A DNA stretch of 64,000 nt, from assembly GCA_030390025.1 (NCBI GenBank), contig JASTWF010000357.1:62001-126000 (forward strand), in the 5' to 3' direction. A model generated the notes under the pieces. It was not told the origin of the DNA and did no database searches. It was given only the letters and a program-made list of their open reading frames with translations. The position numbers and the translations under genes were made by a program. Origin of the DNA: Squalus acanthias (lineage: Eukaryota). Positions 1-12,355 of this stretch are shown here, in pieces. Numbering within the stretch: position 1 is the first letter of the stretch; every line of letters starts with the position of its first letter.

Positions 1-1560
1 GCCTCTCATTCTTCTGAACTCCAATGAGTAGAGTCCCAATCTACCCAACCTCTCCTCATATGACCACCCCCTCATCCCCGGGATTAACCGAGTGAACCTT
101 TTTTGCACTGCCTCGAGAGCAAGGATGTCTTTCCTTAAGTAAGGACACCAAAACTGTATGCAGTATTCCAGGTGCGGTCTCACCAATACCTTGTACAACT
201 GAAGCAATACCTCCCTATTTTTATATTCTATCCCCCTAGCAATGAAAGCCAACATTCCATTTGCCTTCTTAATCACTTGCTGCACCTGCATTCTAACCTT
301 TTGAGTTTCGTGCACCAGGACCCCCAGATCCCTTTGCACTTCAGTACTCTCCAGTTTCTTGCCATTAAGATAATAAATTGCTCTAGGATTTTTCCTGCCA
401 AAGTGCATCACCTCACACTTTCCAGTGTTGTATTCCATCTGCCAAATCTCTGCCCACTTACTTAGCCTGTCTATGTCCCCTTGCAGGTTTTTTATGTCCT
501 CCTCACTCACTACTTTCCCTCCCATCTTTGTATCATCTGCAAATTTTGATATGTTACACTTGGTCCCTTCCTCCAAATCGTTAATATAGATTGTGAAGAG
601 TTGGGGACCCAGCACTGACCCCTGTGGAACACCACTAGTTACTGATTGCCAGTCTGAGAATGAACCATTTATCCCAACTCTTTGCTTTCTGTTAGATAGC
701 CAATCCTCTATCCATGCCAGAATATTACCCCCAATCCCGTGATTTTTTACCTTAAGCAATAATCTTTTGTGTGGCACCTTGTCAAATGCCTTTTGGAAGT
801 CTAAATACACTACGTCCACTGGTTCCCCTTTATCCACTCTATATGTTACTTCCTCAAAGAACTCCAGCAAATTTGTCAAACATGACTTCCCCTTCGTAAA
901 ACCATGCTGACTTTGTCCTATTAAATTATGATTATCCAAATGTCCTGTTACTGTTTCCTTAATAATGGACTCCAAAATTTTACCTACCACAGATGTTAGG
1001 CTAACCGGTCTATAGTTACCAGCCTTCTGTCTACTGCCCTTTTTAAATAAGGGTGTTACATTAGCAGTTTTCCAGTCTGCCGGGACCTTAGCGGAATCCA
1101 GGGAGTTTTGAAAAATTATTACCAATGCATCTACAATCCCTACCGCCACTTCCTTCAAGACTCTAGGATGTAAGCCATCAGGTCCAGGTGATTTATCCGC
1201 CTTGAGTCCCATTATTTTACCGAGTACCACTTCCTTAGTGATTTTGATCGTGTTTAGCTCCTCTCCCCCTATAGCCCCCTGTTTGTCCAGTGTTGGGATA
1301 TTCTTAGTGTCCTCTACTGTAAAGACTGATACAAAATATTCATTCAGTGTTTTTGCCATCTCCATATTTCCCACCATTAATTTCCCGGTCTCATCCTCTA
1401 AGGGACCAACATTTACTTTAGCCACCCTTTTTCTTTTTATATAACTATAAAAACTCTTACTATCTGTTTTTATATTTTTTGCTAATTTACTTTCATAATC
1501 TATCTTCCCTTTCTTAATCAATCTTTTTGTTATTTTTTGCTGCCTTTTAATGTTTTCCCA
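1..1560 (-). mobile_element. CR1 (HER1-like) LINE ORF2 fragment, RT region, running off the window start
   Basis: The reverse strand encodes CR1 RT motifs (DKSPGPDG, NYRPVSLTS, GVPQGSVLGP, KFADDTK). Bases 1-1380 are near-identical to 40296-41670. Confidence 0.95.
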
Positions 1561-2345
1561 ATCCTCTGTTCCTATATAACAGGCTCGATGGCCTGAATGA
1601 CCGCCTCCTGTTCCTATGTAACAGGCTCGAGGGGCTGAATGACCGCCTCCTGTTCCTATGTAACATGCTCGAGGGGCTGAATGGGCCTTCTCCTGTTCCT
1701 ATATAATAGGCTCGATGGCCTTTTGATTTCCTCCTGTTCCTATGTAAGAGCTTCGATGGCCTGAATGCCCGCCACCTGTTGTTATGTAACAGGCTTAATG
1801 AACTGAATGGCCTACTCCCTTTTCTATATACCTGTCTTTAGGGTCTTCATGAACTACTTATTTTCCTACGTAGCAGGCTTGTGGGGTTTAATGGCTTTGT
1901 CCGATGTAACAACCTCGAGGGGTTTAATGGCCTACTCCTGTGCCTATGTAACTCGCTCAAGATTCTGAATTGCCTATTTCATTACGTATATAACAGGCTT
2001 GAGGGACTGAATGTCCAATCAATTTTCATATGTAACAGGTTCGATGGGTTGAATTGCCTACTCCTGTTTCTAAGTAACAGACTCAATGAAATGACTACCC
2101 TACCCCTGTTCATATGTAGCAGGCTGGAGCGGCTGAATGGCCTAAAAATATTCCAAGAATGATTCCAGGGATGAAAATTTCTCTACAACAGGATCGATGG
2201 ATTGAATGGTCTACAAATATTCCGGTTCAGCAGGCTCGAGGGGTTGAATGGTGTACCCCAGTTCCTGTGTAGCAGGCTCGAGGAGCTAAATGACTTTCTT
2301 CTGTTCCTATATAACAAGCTCGATGTGCTGAACGGCCTACCCTTG
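1561..2345 (+). repeat. Degenerate ~40-bp minisatellite derived from the CR1 3'-terminal sequence
   Basis: Recurring ctcctgttcctatgtaacaggctcgaggggctgaatggc units. Same motif as the CR1 3' UTR (7622-7670) and the reverse complement of the 59278-62002 array. Confidence 0.85.
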
Positions 2346-4451
2346 TTCATAGAATCATAGAACAACAGAACGGTCACAGCACGGAAGAAGGCCATTCAGC
2401 CCGTTGAGCCCGTGCCGGCTCCCTGCAAGAGCACCTCATCTAGTCGCACTCTCCCGCCCTTTCCCTGTAGCCCTGCAAATGTTTCTTTTTCTTTCAGGTA
2501 CTTATCCAACTCCCTTTTGGAAAGCCGTGATTGAGTCTGCCTCCACCATACTTTCAGGCAGTGCATTCCAGATCCTAACCACTCGCTGCGTAAAAAAGTT
2601 TTCCTCATGTCGCTGTAGGGGGTGGTGGTGTGTGTCAGCTTCACCTCTGACTTCTGAGCGGTTCGAATCGCTCCAACACCCTTAGTTCTAGACCTTGGAC
2701 TTATTTGGGGGCTGTGACAAAAGTGCAGCAGACAACTAGTTTTGGTGCAAAAACTTTTGATTTTTATTCAAGAGAGTAAAATACAACACAACAATCTTAA
2801 CACTGCAATAAAATGGGGGAACACTTCGGTACATACGAGGGAAAATCACATTAGAAGAATACCTCACCCTCCCAATCCCACTTTACTAGCTAAAGTGGAC
2901 TCTAGATGACCAGGGATGATGCTCACTAAACTTATCCTTGACAGTTGAGCTGGTTCGCGGTTTTGGGGTTCGCTCTATATGTTGGTTGGTGTCTGCTGTA
3001 CCCCGGACGCGGTAGAGGACTTCAGCTGCGTAGCTGGTCAGTCTTCGCGAGTCTGCTGATGCGGTAGGGTACGTATTGGATCTATCAGGTGAGTACCCAC
3101 TTTTCTTTCGTTAGAGGTAGGGTTTAGAGTCTTTTGGGTAAAATCTTACCCAGGGGTAAGTCAGGAACAGATTGTAGAGTGGAAACTTTGCCGATCTTCG
3201 GTTTTTCTCCGAGTTGGTTTTCTTTGGTCGTGGTGGCCCAATATTGGTGGTAATGTTCGGTTGGTTGTTTCATGAGGCCCTTGTTGCCGCGAGGTGTCCG
3301 ATGGTCACTGAGGCGGTCGCTCTGGTTTCTTCCACTTGTCGGCCTACTTCTGGAGCTATTGGCCTCCTTTGTTGAACGGTCTTGTTTTCCAGCTGTCGAC
3401 CTGTTGGCTAGACACGTAACATTGAACGGTGGTACTGGAGAACTATGTTGCGGTGAATGCACCCGTGAAAGCTTCGTTCGGTTAAGAACGGGCCTTCAAT
3501 TATACTAATTGCAGCTTCCTTATCTGCGCGCCAAATCAAATCCCGGTCATTGTAAGATTTTGGCGGGCTCGTCAATAGTAACTTGCTTGTTAACATGTGA
3601 AGTAGTTTCAGGATAGCTCCATCCTGTCGATCTGCTGCTTGATTGTAGTTGATTGTTCTCAGGTTTTGAGTTTCTTGACTGGGCCTGGGATTTCTATAGA
3701 GTGGGTCTCGGTGATCTATTTTATGCATGCTTTGATGGGTCCTGTAATTTGGGTGGAGACTGCTCTTCCTCGGGTTTATTGTTAGGATGTTAATGTCTGA
3801 TGGGGGACGATTAACTCCAAGTGAGGTCATGCGGTTCCCCAGACAGTTTGCATTAACTCCAATATCCAAACTGTCTGTACAGAGGTTAACCCAACTTCCT
3901 TTACAGCCTTTTCTCCCTTCCAAGTCCAGACATATCTTTCAAAATATCAAATCTTGGTTTTTGCTCTAAAATGTTCTTCGGTTAGGCCCAATGCACTTCA
4001 CCACCCTGAAATAGTTAGAAAAGAGGCCAAAGTCCTTTTCCTTAGGGTTTGTCTTCGAGTTTTGGGTTTTCTGTGAATTTTGAGAATATTACAGTGCCTT
4101 TGGTTCTTTTGCCAATCATCTTAACTCTGTGTCTTCTGGTCTCGACCCTTCTGCCAGTGGAAACAGTTTCTCTTTCTCTATTCTGTCAAGAACCTTCATG
4201 ATTTTGAACACCTCTATCAAATTTCCTCTCAAACTTCTCTGCTCTAAGGAGAACAAGCCCAGCTTTCCTAGTCTATCCACGTAACTGAAGTCCCTCATCC
4301 CTGGAATTATTCTCGTAATTTTTTTCTGCATCCTCTCAAGGGCCTTCACATCCTTCCTAAAGTGTGGTGACCAGAACTGGACGCAATACTCCAGTTGTGG
4401 CCTAACCAGCGCTTTATAAAGGTTCAGCATAACCTCTCTACTGTTGTACTC
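2346..4451 (-). mobile_element. CR1 LINE 3' fragment interrupted by a solo LTR at 2614-4093
   Basis: catagaa tail at ~2348. ORF 4116-4496 contains [19 protein letters not shown]. The CR1 sequence reads through when 2614-4093 is removed. Confidence 0.9.
2614..4093 (-). mobile_element. Solo LTR (~1.48 kb; Gypsy or ERV type)
   Basis: TGTA...TACA termini that split a CR1 cleanly. Minus-strand AATAAA at ~2763-2768, ~150 bp from the 3' end. Imperfect TSD gtcgc/gtgc. Confidence 0.75.
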
Positions 4452-4608
4452 ACGGATGAGGGAAGATCGGGCCCGATAGGAGGAAAGGAAGAGCAAGAGT
4501 TAAATTAGTATTGCAGCAGGTGGGAGGGGAGGGGAAATGAATAATGGGTTAGGGGAGAGTTATGGGTGGAGGAAGGTTGTAGAGTTGGAAACAGTTACAG
4601 ATGCAGGG

Positions 4609-7600
4609 TAATTTTTGATAAAGCAGTTCGCGAGCATTTAAACTAGTATGGCAGGGGGCTAGAAACCTATGTAGTGAAATAGAGGAAAGTGAAAGGCAGA
4701 CAGAAATAAATGGTAAAAGGGTGAGGAACAAAAAACAAAGGGCCAAACTAATTCATAAAAAATGTGAGCATAAAAAAAGCCTGAGGATTTTATACCTTAA
4801 TGCGAGAAGCATCAGGAACAAGGTAGATGAATTAGCTGTGGAAATAGAGGTTAATAATTATGATCTAATTGGGATTACGGAAACATGGTTGCAGGGTGAG
4901 CAGGGCTGGGAGCTTAACATACAGGGGTATTCAGTATTTAGGAAGGATCGACAAAAAAGAAAGGGAGGAGGGGTAGCATTGCTGGTAAAAGAGGGGATAA
5001 ATGCAATTGAAAGGAAGGATATTAACACAGTTAATACAGAATCTATAAGGGTGGAGCTAAGAAATAGCGAGGGGCGAAAAACATTAATAGGAGTGGTATA
5101 TAGGCCTCCAAATAGTAAAATAGAGGTTGGTGAGGGCATCACGAGGGAAATTAGAGAAGCGTGCAATAAGAGCACAGCTGTCATCATAGGTGACTTTAAC
5201 TTACATATAGATTGGACTAGCCTAATCAGTAAAAATAATGAGGAGGAGGAATTCCTTGAGTGTTTAAGGGATGGTTATCTGGATCAATATGTCGAGGAAC
5301 CAACTCGGGAACAGGCTATATTGGACTGGGTACTGTGCAATGAGAAGGGACTAATTAGTAATCTTGTTGTACGGGGAACCTTGGGTCAGAGCGATCATAA
5401 CATGATCGATTTCTCACTCGAAATGGAGAGCGAAGAAATTGACTCAGAGACTAAGGTCCTGAATTTAAACAAGGGGAATTATGATGCCATTAGACGGGAA
5501 CTGAGTAGGTCTGATTGGACAACGTTCCTGGGAGGACTGGAGGTAGATAAACAATGGCAAGCATTTAAAGATAGAATGACAAAATTGCAAAAATTGTTTA
5601 TACCAATCTGGCATAAAAGGAAATCTAAAAAGGTGACTCAACCGTGGATAACAGGGGAAATTAGAGACAGCATAAAATCCAAAGATAGGGCGTATAAATT
5701 AGCCAAAAAAAGCGCCAGGGCGGAAGATTGGGAACAGTTTAAGATAGAGCAAAGGAGGACAAAGGGCTTAATCAAGAGGGGCAAAATAGCTTACGAAAGC
5801 AAGCTGGCGGAAAATATAAAAACTAACTCCAAAAGCTTTTATAAGTATATCAAGAAGAAAAGACTGGTGAAAACCAAAGTTGGTCCATTGCAGTCAGATA
5901 CGGGGGAATATATAACGGGAAATAAGGAAATGGCAGACCAACTAAATGCATACTTTGGGTCAGTCTTTACGAAGGAAGACACAAAAAACTCCCTGGGATA
6001 TCGGGAAAAATAGGGACATTGGCAAAGGAGGAACTGACGCAAACCAATATCTCTAAGGATATGGTGTTAAGGAAGCTAAAGGGATTGAAGGCGGACAAAT
6101 CCCCAGGGCCTGATAACATGCATCCGAGGGTACTGAAGGAGGTGGCCCTAGTGATAGCGGATGCTCTAAGTATGATTTTTCAGAATTCATTAGACTCGGG
6201 AACAGTGCCCATGGATTGGAGGGTAGCTAACGTTACCCCACTATTCAAAAAGGGGGGTAGGGAAAAAGCAGGTAATTACAGACCTGTAAGCCTTACATCA
6301 GTTGTGGGCAAAATGCTGGAGTCCATCATTAAGGATGAAATAGCGGAGCACTAAGCAAATGGGGACAGGATAGGACAGAGTCAACATGGATTTACAAAGG
6401 GTAAATCGTGCTTGACGAATCTATTGGAATTTTTTGAGGGAGTAACTGGTAAAATAGATGGGGGAGAGCCAGTAGATGTGGTGTACCTGGACTTCCAAAA
6501 GGCCTTCGACAAGGTCCCACGTAAAAGATTAGCATGGAAAATTGAAGCTCATGGGATAAAGGGGAAAGTATTGACGTGGATAGAGAACTGGCTGTCAGAT
6601 AGAAAACAGAGAGTTGGAATAAACGGCTCATTTTCTGAATGGCAGGCAGTAACAAGTGGGGTACCACAGGGATCTGTCCTGGGTCCCCAGCTGTTCACAA
6701 TTTACATTAATGACCTGGATCAGGGAGTCGGATGCAGCATTTCCAAATTTGCAGACGACACTAAACTAGGAGGGGGGGTGGGCTCAGAGGAGGAGACCAG
6801 GAAGCTCCAGAGCGATTTGGACAGACTGGGTGATTGGGCGGATAAATGGCAGATGCACTATAATGTGGACAAGTGCGAAGTTATCCACCTTGGGTGCAGG
6901 AACGGGAGGGCAAATTATAATTTAAATGGCAATAAATTGGGAGAGGTGGAAGTACAGAGAGACCTGGGTGTTCTTGTACACCAGTCACTGAAGGCGAGCA
7001 TGCAGGTGCAATAGGCGGTCAAGAAGGCAAACGGTATGCTGGCCTTCATAGCAAAAGGGTTGGAATACAGGAACAGGGATACCTTGCTGCAGATGTACAG
7101 GGCACTGGTGAGACCACACCTCGAGTACTGTGTACAGTTTTGGTCGCCTCATCTGAGGAAAGATGTTCTTGCCATGGAGGGGGTGCAGCGGCGATTCACC
7201 AGGCTGATACCAGGAATGGCGGGATTGACCTATGAGGAGAGACTATGTAGTTTAGGGATGTACACACTGGAGTTTAGAAGATTGAGAGGGGACCTCATAG
7301 AAGTGTATAAAATTCTGACAGGTCTAGACTGACTAGATGCAGAAGGAATGTTTCCCTTGGCGGGTGAGAACAGAACTAGAGGACATAATTTAAGGATAAG
7401 GGCTAAACCATTTAGGACAGAAATGAGGGGGAATTTCTTCACTCAGAGGGTGGTGAACCTGTGGAACTCATTGCCACAGAGGGCAGTGTACGCCAGCTCA
7501 TTAAATATATTTAAGAGGGAATTAGATATATTTCTACAGGTTAAAGGGGTTAAGGGTTACGGAGAGAAGGCGGGGACGGGATACTGAGTTGGAGGATCAG

Positions 7601-7690
7601 CCATGATCTCATTAAATGGCGGAGCAGGCTCGAAGGGCCGGATGGCCTACTCCTGCTCCTATCTTCTATGTATCTATGTATCTATGTATG
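4609..7690 (+). mobile_element. CR1 LINE, 5'-truncated: end of ORF1 plus complete but disrupted ORF2 (APE endonuclease + RT)
   Basis: ORF 4721-6013 has APE motifs (YLNARS, ITETW, GDFN, SDH). RT pieces span 6019-7587 with one frameshift and in-frame stops at 6352, 7012 and 7330. (tatctatg)n tail. Probable TSD atgcaggg (4601)/atgcgggg (7688). Confidence 0.95.
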
Positions 7691-7695
7691 CGGGG

Positions 7696-10600
7696 TGAAG
7701 GATCCTGCTTGTTCCCAAAGAATGCTGGGATACTTGACTACATTACCCTCTACTTATTTCGGATAGTAGGTTTAGCTAACTAAGGCATATCTGCAGACTG
7801 GAAGGTGCCTCCCTCCCCTTTTCAAACCTTGGAATATATGTATTCACAACCTCAGTAGAGCTATTGTCAAAGCACAGCCTGGCCTCCCAAGACATAAGGG
7901 AGCAATTAACAACCAGCACAGTTCCAGTCACGGGGTACATCTACTATTCGAACCTGGTCTCCCAAGAGATAGAACATAGAACATAGAACAGTACAGCACA
8001 GTACAGGCCCTTCGGCCCTCGATGTTGTGCCGAGCATTGTCCGAGACCAAGATCAAGCTATCACACTCCCTATCACTCTGGTGTGCTCCATGTGCTTATC
8101 CAATAACCGCTTGAAAGTTCCTAAAGTGTCCGACTCCACTATCACAGAAGGCAGTCCATTCCACACACCAACCACTCTCTGAGTAAAGAATCTACCTCGG
8201 ACATCCCTTCTATATCTCCCCCCATGCACCTTATAGTTATGCCCCCTTGTAACAGCTGCCTCTACCCGAGCAAATAGTCTCTGAACATCCACTCTATCTA
8301 TCCCCCTCATCATCTTATAAACCTCTATTAAATCGCCTCTCATCCTCCTCGCTCTAAAGAGAAAAGCCCCAACTCCCTCAATCTTTCCTCATAAGACCTC
8401 CCCCCCAAACCAGGCAGCATCCTGGTAAATCTCCTTTGCACTCTTTCCAATGCTTCCACGTCCTTCCTATAGTGAGGTGACCAGAACTGCACACAATATT
8501 CCAAATGTGGTCTCACCAAGGTCCTGTACAGTTGCAGCATAACCTCACGGTTCTTAAACTCAAACCCTCTGTTAATAAACGCCAACACACCATAGGCCTT
8601 CTTTACTGCTCTATCCACTTGAGTGGCAACCTTCAGAGATCTGTGGATATGAACCCCCAGATCCCTCTGCTCCTCCACGTTCCTCAGAACCCTGCCGTTG
8701 ACCCTGTAATCCTTATTCAAATGTGCCCTACCAAAATGAATCACCTCGCACTTATCAGGGTTAAATTCCATCTGCCATTTTTCGGCCCAGCTCTGCATCC
8801 TATCAATGTCTCTTTGCAGCCTACAACAGCCCTCCACCTCATCCACTGCTCCACCAATCTTGGTGTCATCAGAAAATTTACTGAACCACCCTTCAGTCCC
8901 CTCCTCCAAGTCATTGAGAAAAATCACAAACAGCAGAGGAACCAGCACCGACCCCTGTGGCACACTGCTGGTAACTGGTCTCCAGTCCGAAAATGTTCCA
9001 TCCACCACCACCCTCTGCCTTCTATGAGATAGCCAGTTACTTATCCAATCGGCCAAATTTCCCTCTATCCCACAACTCCTTACTTTCTTCATGAGCCGAC
9101 CATGGGGAACCTTATCAAACGCCTTACTAAAATCCATGTATACGACATCAACTGCTCTACCTTCATCTACACACTTAGTTACCTCCTCAAAGAATTCAAT
9201 CAAATTTGTTAGGCAAGACTTACCCTTCACGAATCCGTGTTGACTATCCCTGATTAAGTTGCCCCTTTCCAAATGGTCGTAAGTCCTATCCCTCAGCACC
9301 TTTTCCATTATCTTACCAACTACCGAAGTAAGACTAACCGGCCTATAATTACCAGGGTCATTCATATTTCCTTTCTTGAAGAGAGGAACAACATTCGCCA
9401 CTCTCCAGTCCTCTGGCACCATTCCCGTGGACAGTGAGGACCCAAAGATCAAAGCCAGAGGCTCTGCAATCTCCTCCCTTGCCTCCCAAAGAATCCTAGG
9501 ATATATCCCATCTGGCCCAGGGGACTTATCGACCCTCAGGATCTTCAAAATTGCTAAAACAACTTCCCTCAGAACATCTACCACCTCCAGCCTATCCACC
9601 TTTATCACACTCTCATCCTCAAGAACATGGCCCCTCTCCTCGCTGAACACTGACGAAAAGTATTCATTCATCACCTCTCCTAGCTCTTCTGACTTCATGC
9701 ACAAGTTCCCACTACTGTCCTTGACCGGCCCTACCCTCACCCTGGTCATTCTTTTATTTCTCACATAAGAGTAAAAGGCCTTGGGGTTTTTCTTGATCCG
9801 ACCCGCCAAGGACTTCTCATGCCCCCTCCTAGCTCTCCTAAGCTCTTTTTTTAGCTCATTCCTTGCTAACTTGTACCCCTCAATCGACCCAACTGAACCT
9901 TGTTTTCTCATCCTTACATACGCTTCCTTTTTCCTCTTGACTAGACATTCAACCTCTTTTGTGAACCATGGTTCTCTCACTCGGCCATTTCCTCCCTGCC
10001 TGACAGGGACATACCTATCAAGGACACGCAGTAATTGCTCCATGAAAAAGCTCCACTTTTCGTTTGTGCCTTTCCCTGATAGTTTCTGTTCCCATCTTAT
10101 ACTCCCTAATTCTTGCCTAACCGCATCATAATTACCCCTCCCCCAATTATAAACCCTGCCCTGCCGTATGGCCCTATCCCTCTCCATTGCAATAGTGAAA
10201 GTTACCGAATTGTGGTCACTATCTCCAAAGTGCTCTCCCACATACAAATCAAACACTTGGCCCGGTTCATTACCCAGTACCAAATCCAACGTGGCCCCAG
10301 CTCTTGTCGGCCTATCCACATATTGTGTCAGGAAACCCTCCTGCACACACTGTGCAAAAACAATCCCATCCGAACTGTTTGACTTATAAAGGTTCCAATC
10401 AATATTTGGAAAGTTGAAGTCACCCATGACAACTACTCTGTGACCTCCACACCTACTCATAATCTGCCTTGCAATTTCTTCCTCCACATCTCTATTACTA
10501 TTTGGGGGCCTGTAGAAAACTCCTAACAACGTGACCGCTCCTTTCCTATTTCTAACTTCAGCTCATATTACCTCAGACGGCAGATCCCCCTCGAACTGCC

Positions 10601-11428
10601 TTTCTGCCGCTGTTAAACTATCCTTGATTAACAATGCTACTCCTCCACCTTTCTTACCAACTTCCCTACTCTTACTGAAACATCTATACCCCGGAACTTC
10701 CAACAACCATTCCTGTCCCTGTTCAAACCATGTCTCCGTAATGGCCACCACATCGTAGTCCCAAGTACCAATCCACGCTCCAAGTTCTCCTACCTTATTC
10801 CGGATGCTCCTAGCATTGAAGTAGACACACTTCAAGCCATCTTCCTGTCTGCCGGTACATTCCTGCGACCTTGATACCCTCCTCACTACCTCCCTACACT
10901 CACCACTGGCTCCTGGACTACAGCCCTTTTTCCCATCCCCCTAAGGGCGCAATTAATGACCAACACGGTTCCAGTCACTGAGCATCCAAGCCATTACGGC
11001 CTTGAGCCACCCCGCTCTGTCCGACAGCTAGGGATAAAATATGTTTTCTCAAACTATAAACTATGCCCGCAAAGGAAGAGATAACAGCAAGAATTTGGGG
11101 AGTAGGATGAGGCAACCAACATCTGTGACTGGCATGGTCAGGGTTCAAGGGGAGGGCCCGACAGTTGAGTGACTAACCATATAACCAATAAAGAGCAACT
11201 GTAGTGACACTGTTTGTACGTGTACGCCCCATTCTGTAGTAAGTGGGCGGTGCTTATAGAAATGTATAACTTGAATGAACCGTTGCTTGTTCCTCAGAGA
11301 GTGCGCCCCTAGCTTGAGGAAGCTGAGTGACTCACCCTTGTGCACAAGTCTTTTGTTAATTTTAATAAATTCTGAACTTGTCCTCAATTCCGTCTCCGTC
11401 GAGAGTTTCTCCAAATTCGAATCTAACA
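7696..11428 (+). mobile_element. Solo LTR (~760 bp net) split by a CR1 insertion at 7971-10941
   Basis: TG at 7696, CA at 11428, GGGG on both sides. The internal repeat ctcccaagac/gat..taaggg..caattaa..ttccagtcac continues across the CR1. TATA-like sequence at ~11255 and AATAAA at ~11364. Confidence 0.75.
7971..10941 (-). mobile_element. CR1 LINE, ORF2 nearly complete (EN + RT) with frameshifts
   Basis: ORFs 10563-10886 (YFNARS, ITETW), 8340-10529 (729 aa, EN C-term and RT) and 8053-8343. (agaacat)n tail at 7971. Confidence 0.95.
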
Positions 11429-12079
11429 GGGGGGACATTCAGCCATGTAACAGCTGGGTGGGAAAGTGCATCTGATAATGGAAGACACGACAGAATCAGA
11501 CATAGAGCTGATAGGAATGGAAACACGGGGAGAAACAGATATGGAACCGGTGGGGGAGGGAAGCAAACATTAAAGACCGGGCACAGCACAGGTGGGGGAA
11601 GCAGAGAGGTAAAAGGCAGGGGTTTCAGACACGGAGCAGGGGGAGCTGTAAACAGACTGGGAGCGGCAGCACAGAGAAGCAGGAAGGGGAATGAGACACG
11701 CAGCAGTCGCAAGAGGTAGCCTGAACTTTTAATATTTATATTAAAAACAAATACTGATTAGATTATCAAATAATGTTCAGAGTTTCCCAGTCTCATAGTT
11801 AATTGAATCCGTTCCCAATCTGTTAAAATAAAGAATATATGAAAATGTGCAATTAAATCATGATTACTAAAAGTTAACAGGCCGGTGAAGCAGATTTTCA
11901 CTTGTTTACCGCACAAATTTAAAGATTCAGTTCCAGTTATTGAAACCCGGAGCCTGATCAAGGCCGAGACAGTTACTCATTAACTAGAGGGTATTAGCTG
12001 GAGATTATGATCAGCGAACTTTGTCACTTGCCATTCCTGTCAGATAATAAAGAGAGAAGTCGCACAACACCAGGTTATA

Positions 12080-12319
12080 AGGGGGTCGTTCTGCCCGATT
12101 GCCTGCCTCTCTTCCGCGGCCATGTTCGCGCCCGGGTGGCCCTGGAGATGGAGCACGCGGTGTCCGCCGGCACGCTTGAGTTTTTCCGCGACCGGTGGGC
12201 GCCGCGGGGGCTGGAGTGCATCGTCACCCCGGACTTCCAAATTTTGATTTGATTTATTAAGTTTCATTTAAAGTTTTAATTGATTAACAGTAAATTTTGA
12301 TTTGTCCAACCAAAAAGAG
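12080..12319 (+). mobile_element. 5'-truncated Tx1-clade non-LTR retrotransposon 3' end
   Basis: GC-rich ORF2 C-terminus (DCLPLFRGHVRARVALEMEHAVSAGTLEFFRDRWAP), T-rich 3' UTR and short A-rich tail. Perfect 15-bp TSD caacaccaggttata at 12065-12079 and 12320-12334. Confidence 0.75.
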
Positions 12320-12355
12320 CAACACCAGGTTATAGTCCAACAGCTTTATTTGAAA

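Noticed and set aside
11362..11719. Hydrophobic/Pro-rich 116-aa minus ORF and Gly/Arg-rich plus ORF
   Set aside because: Purine-skewed low-complexity sequence. The ORFs cross the solo-LTR boundary and have no recognisable domain.
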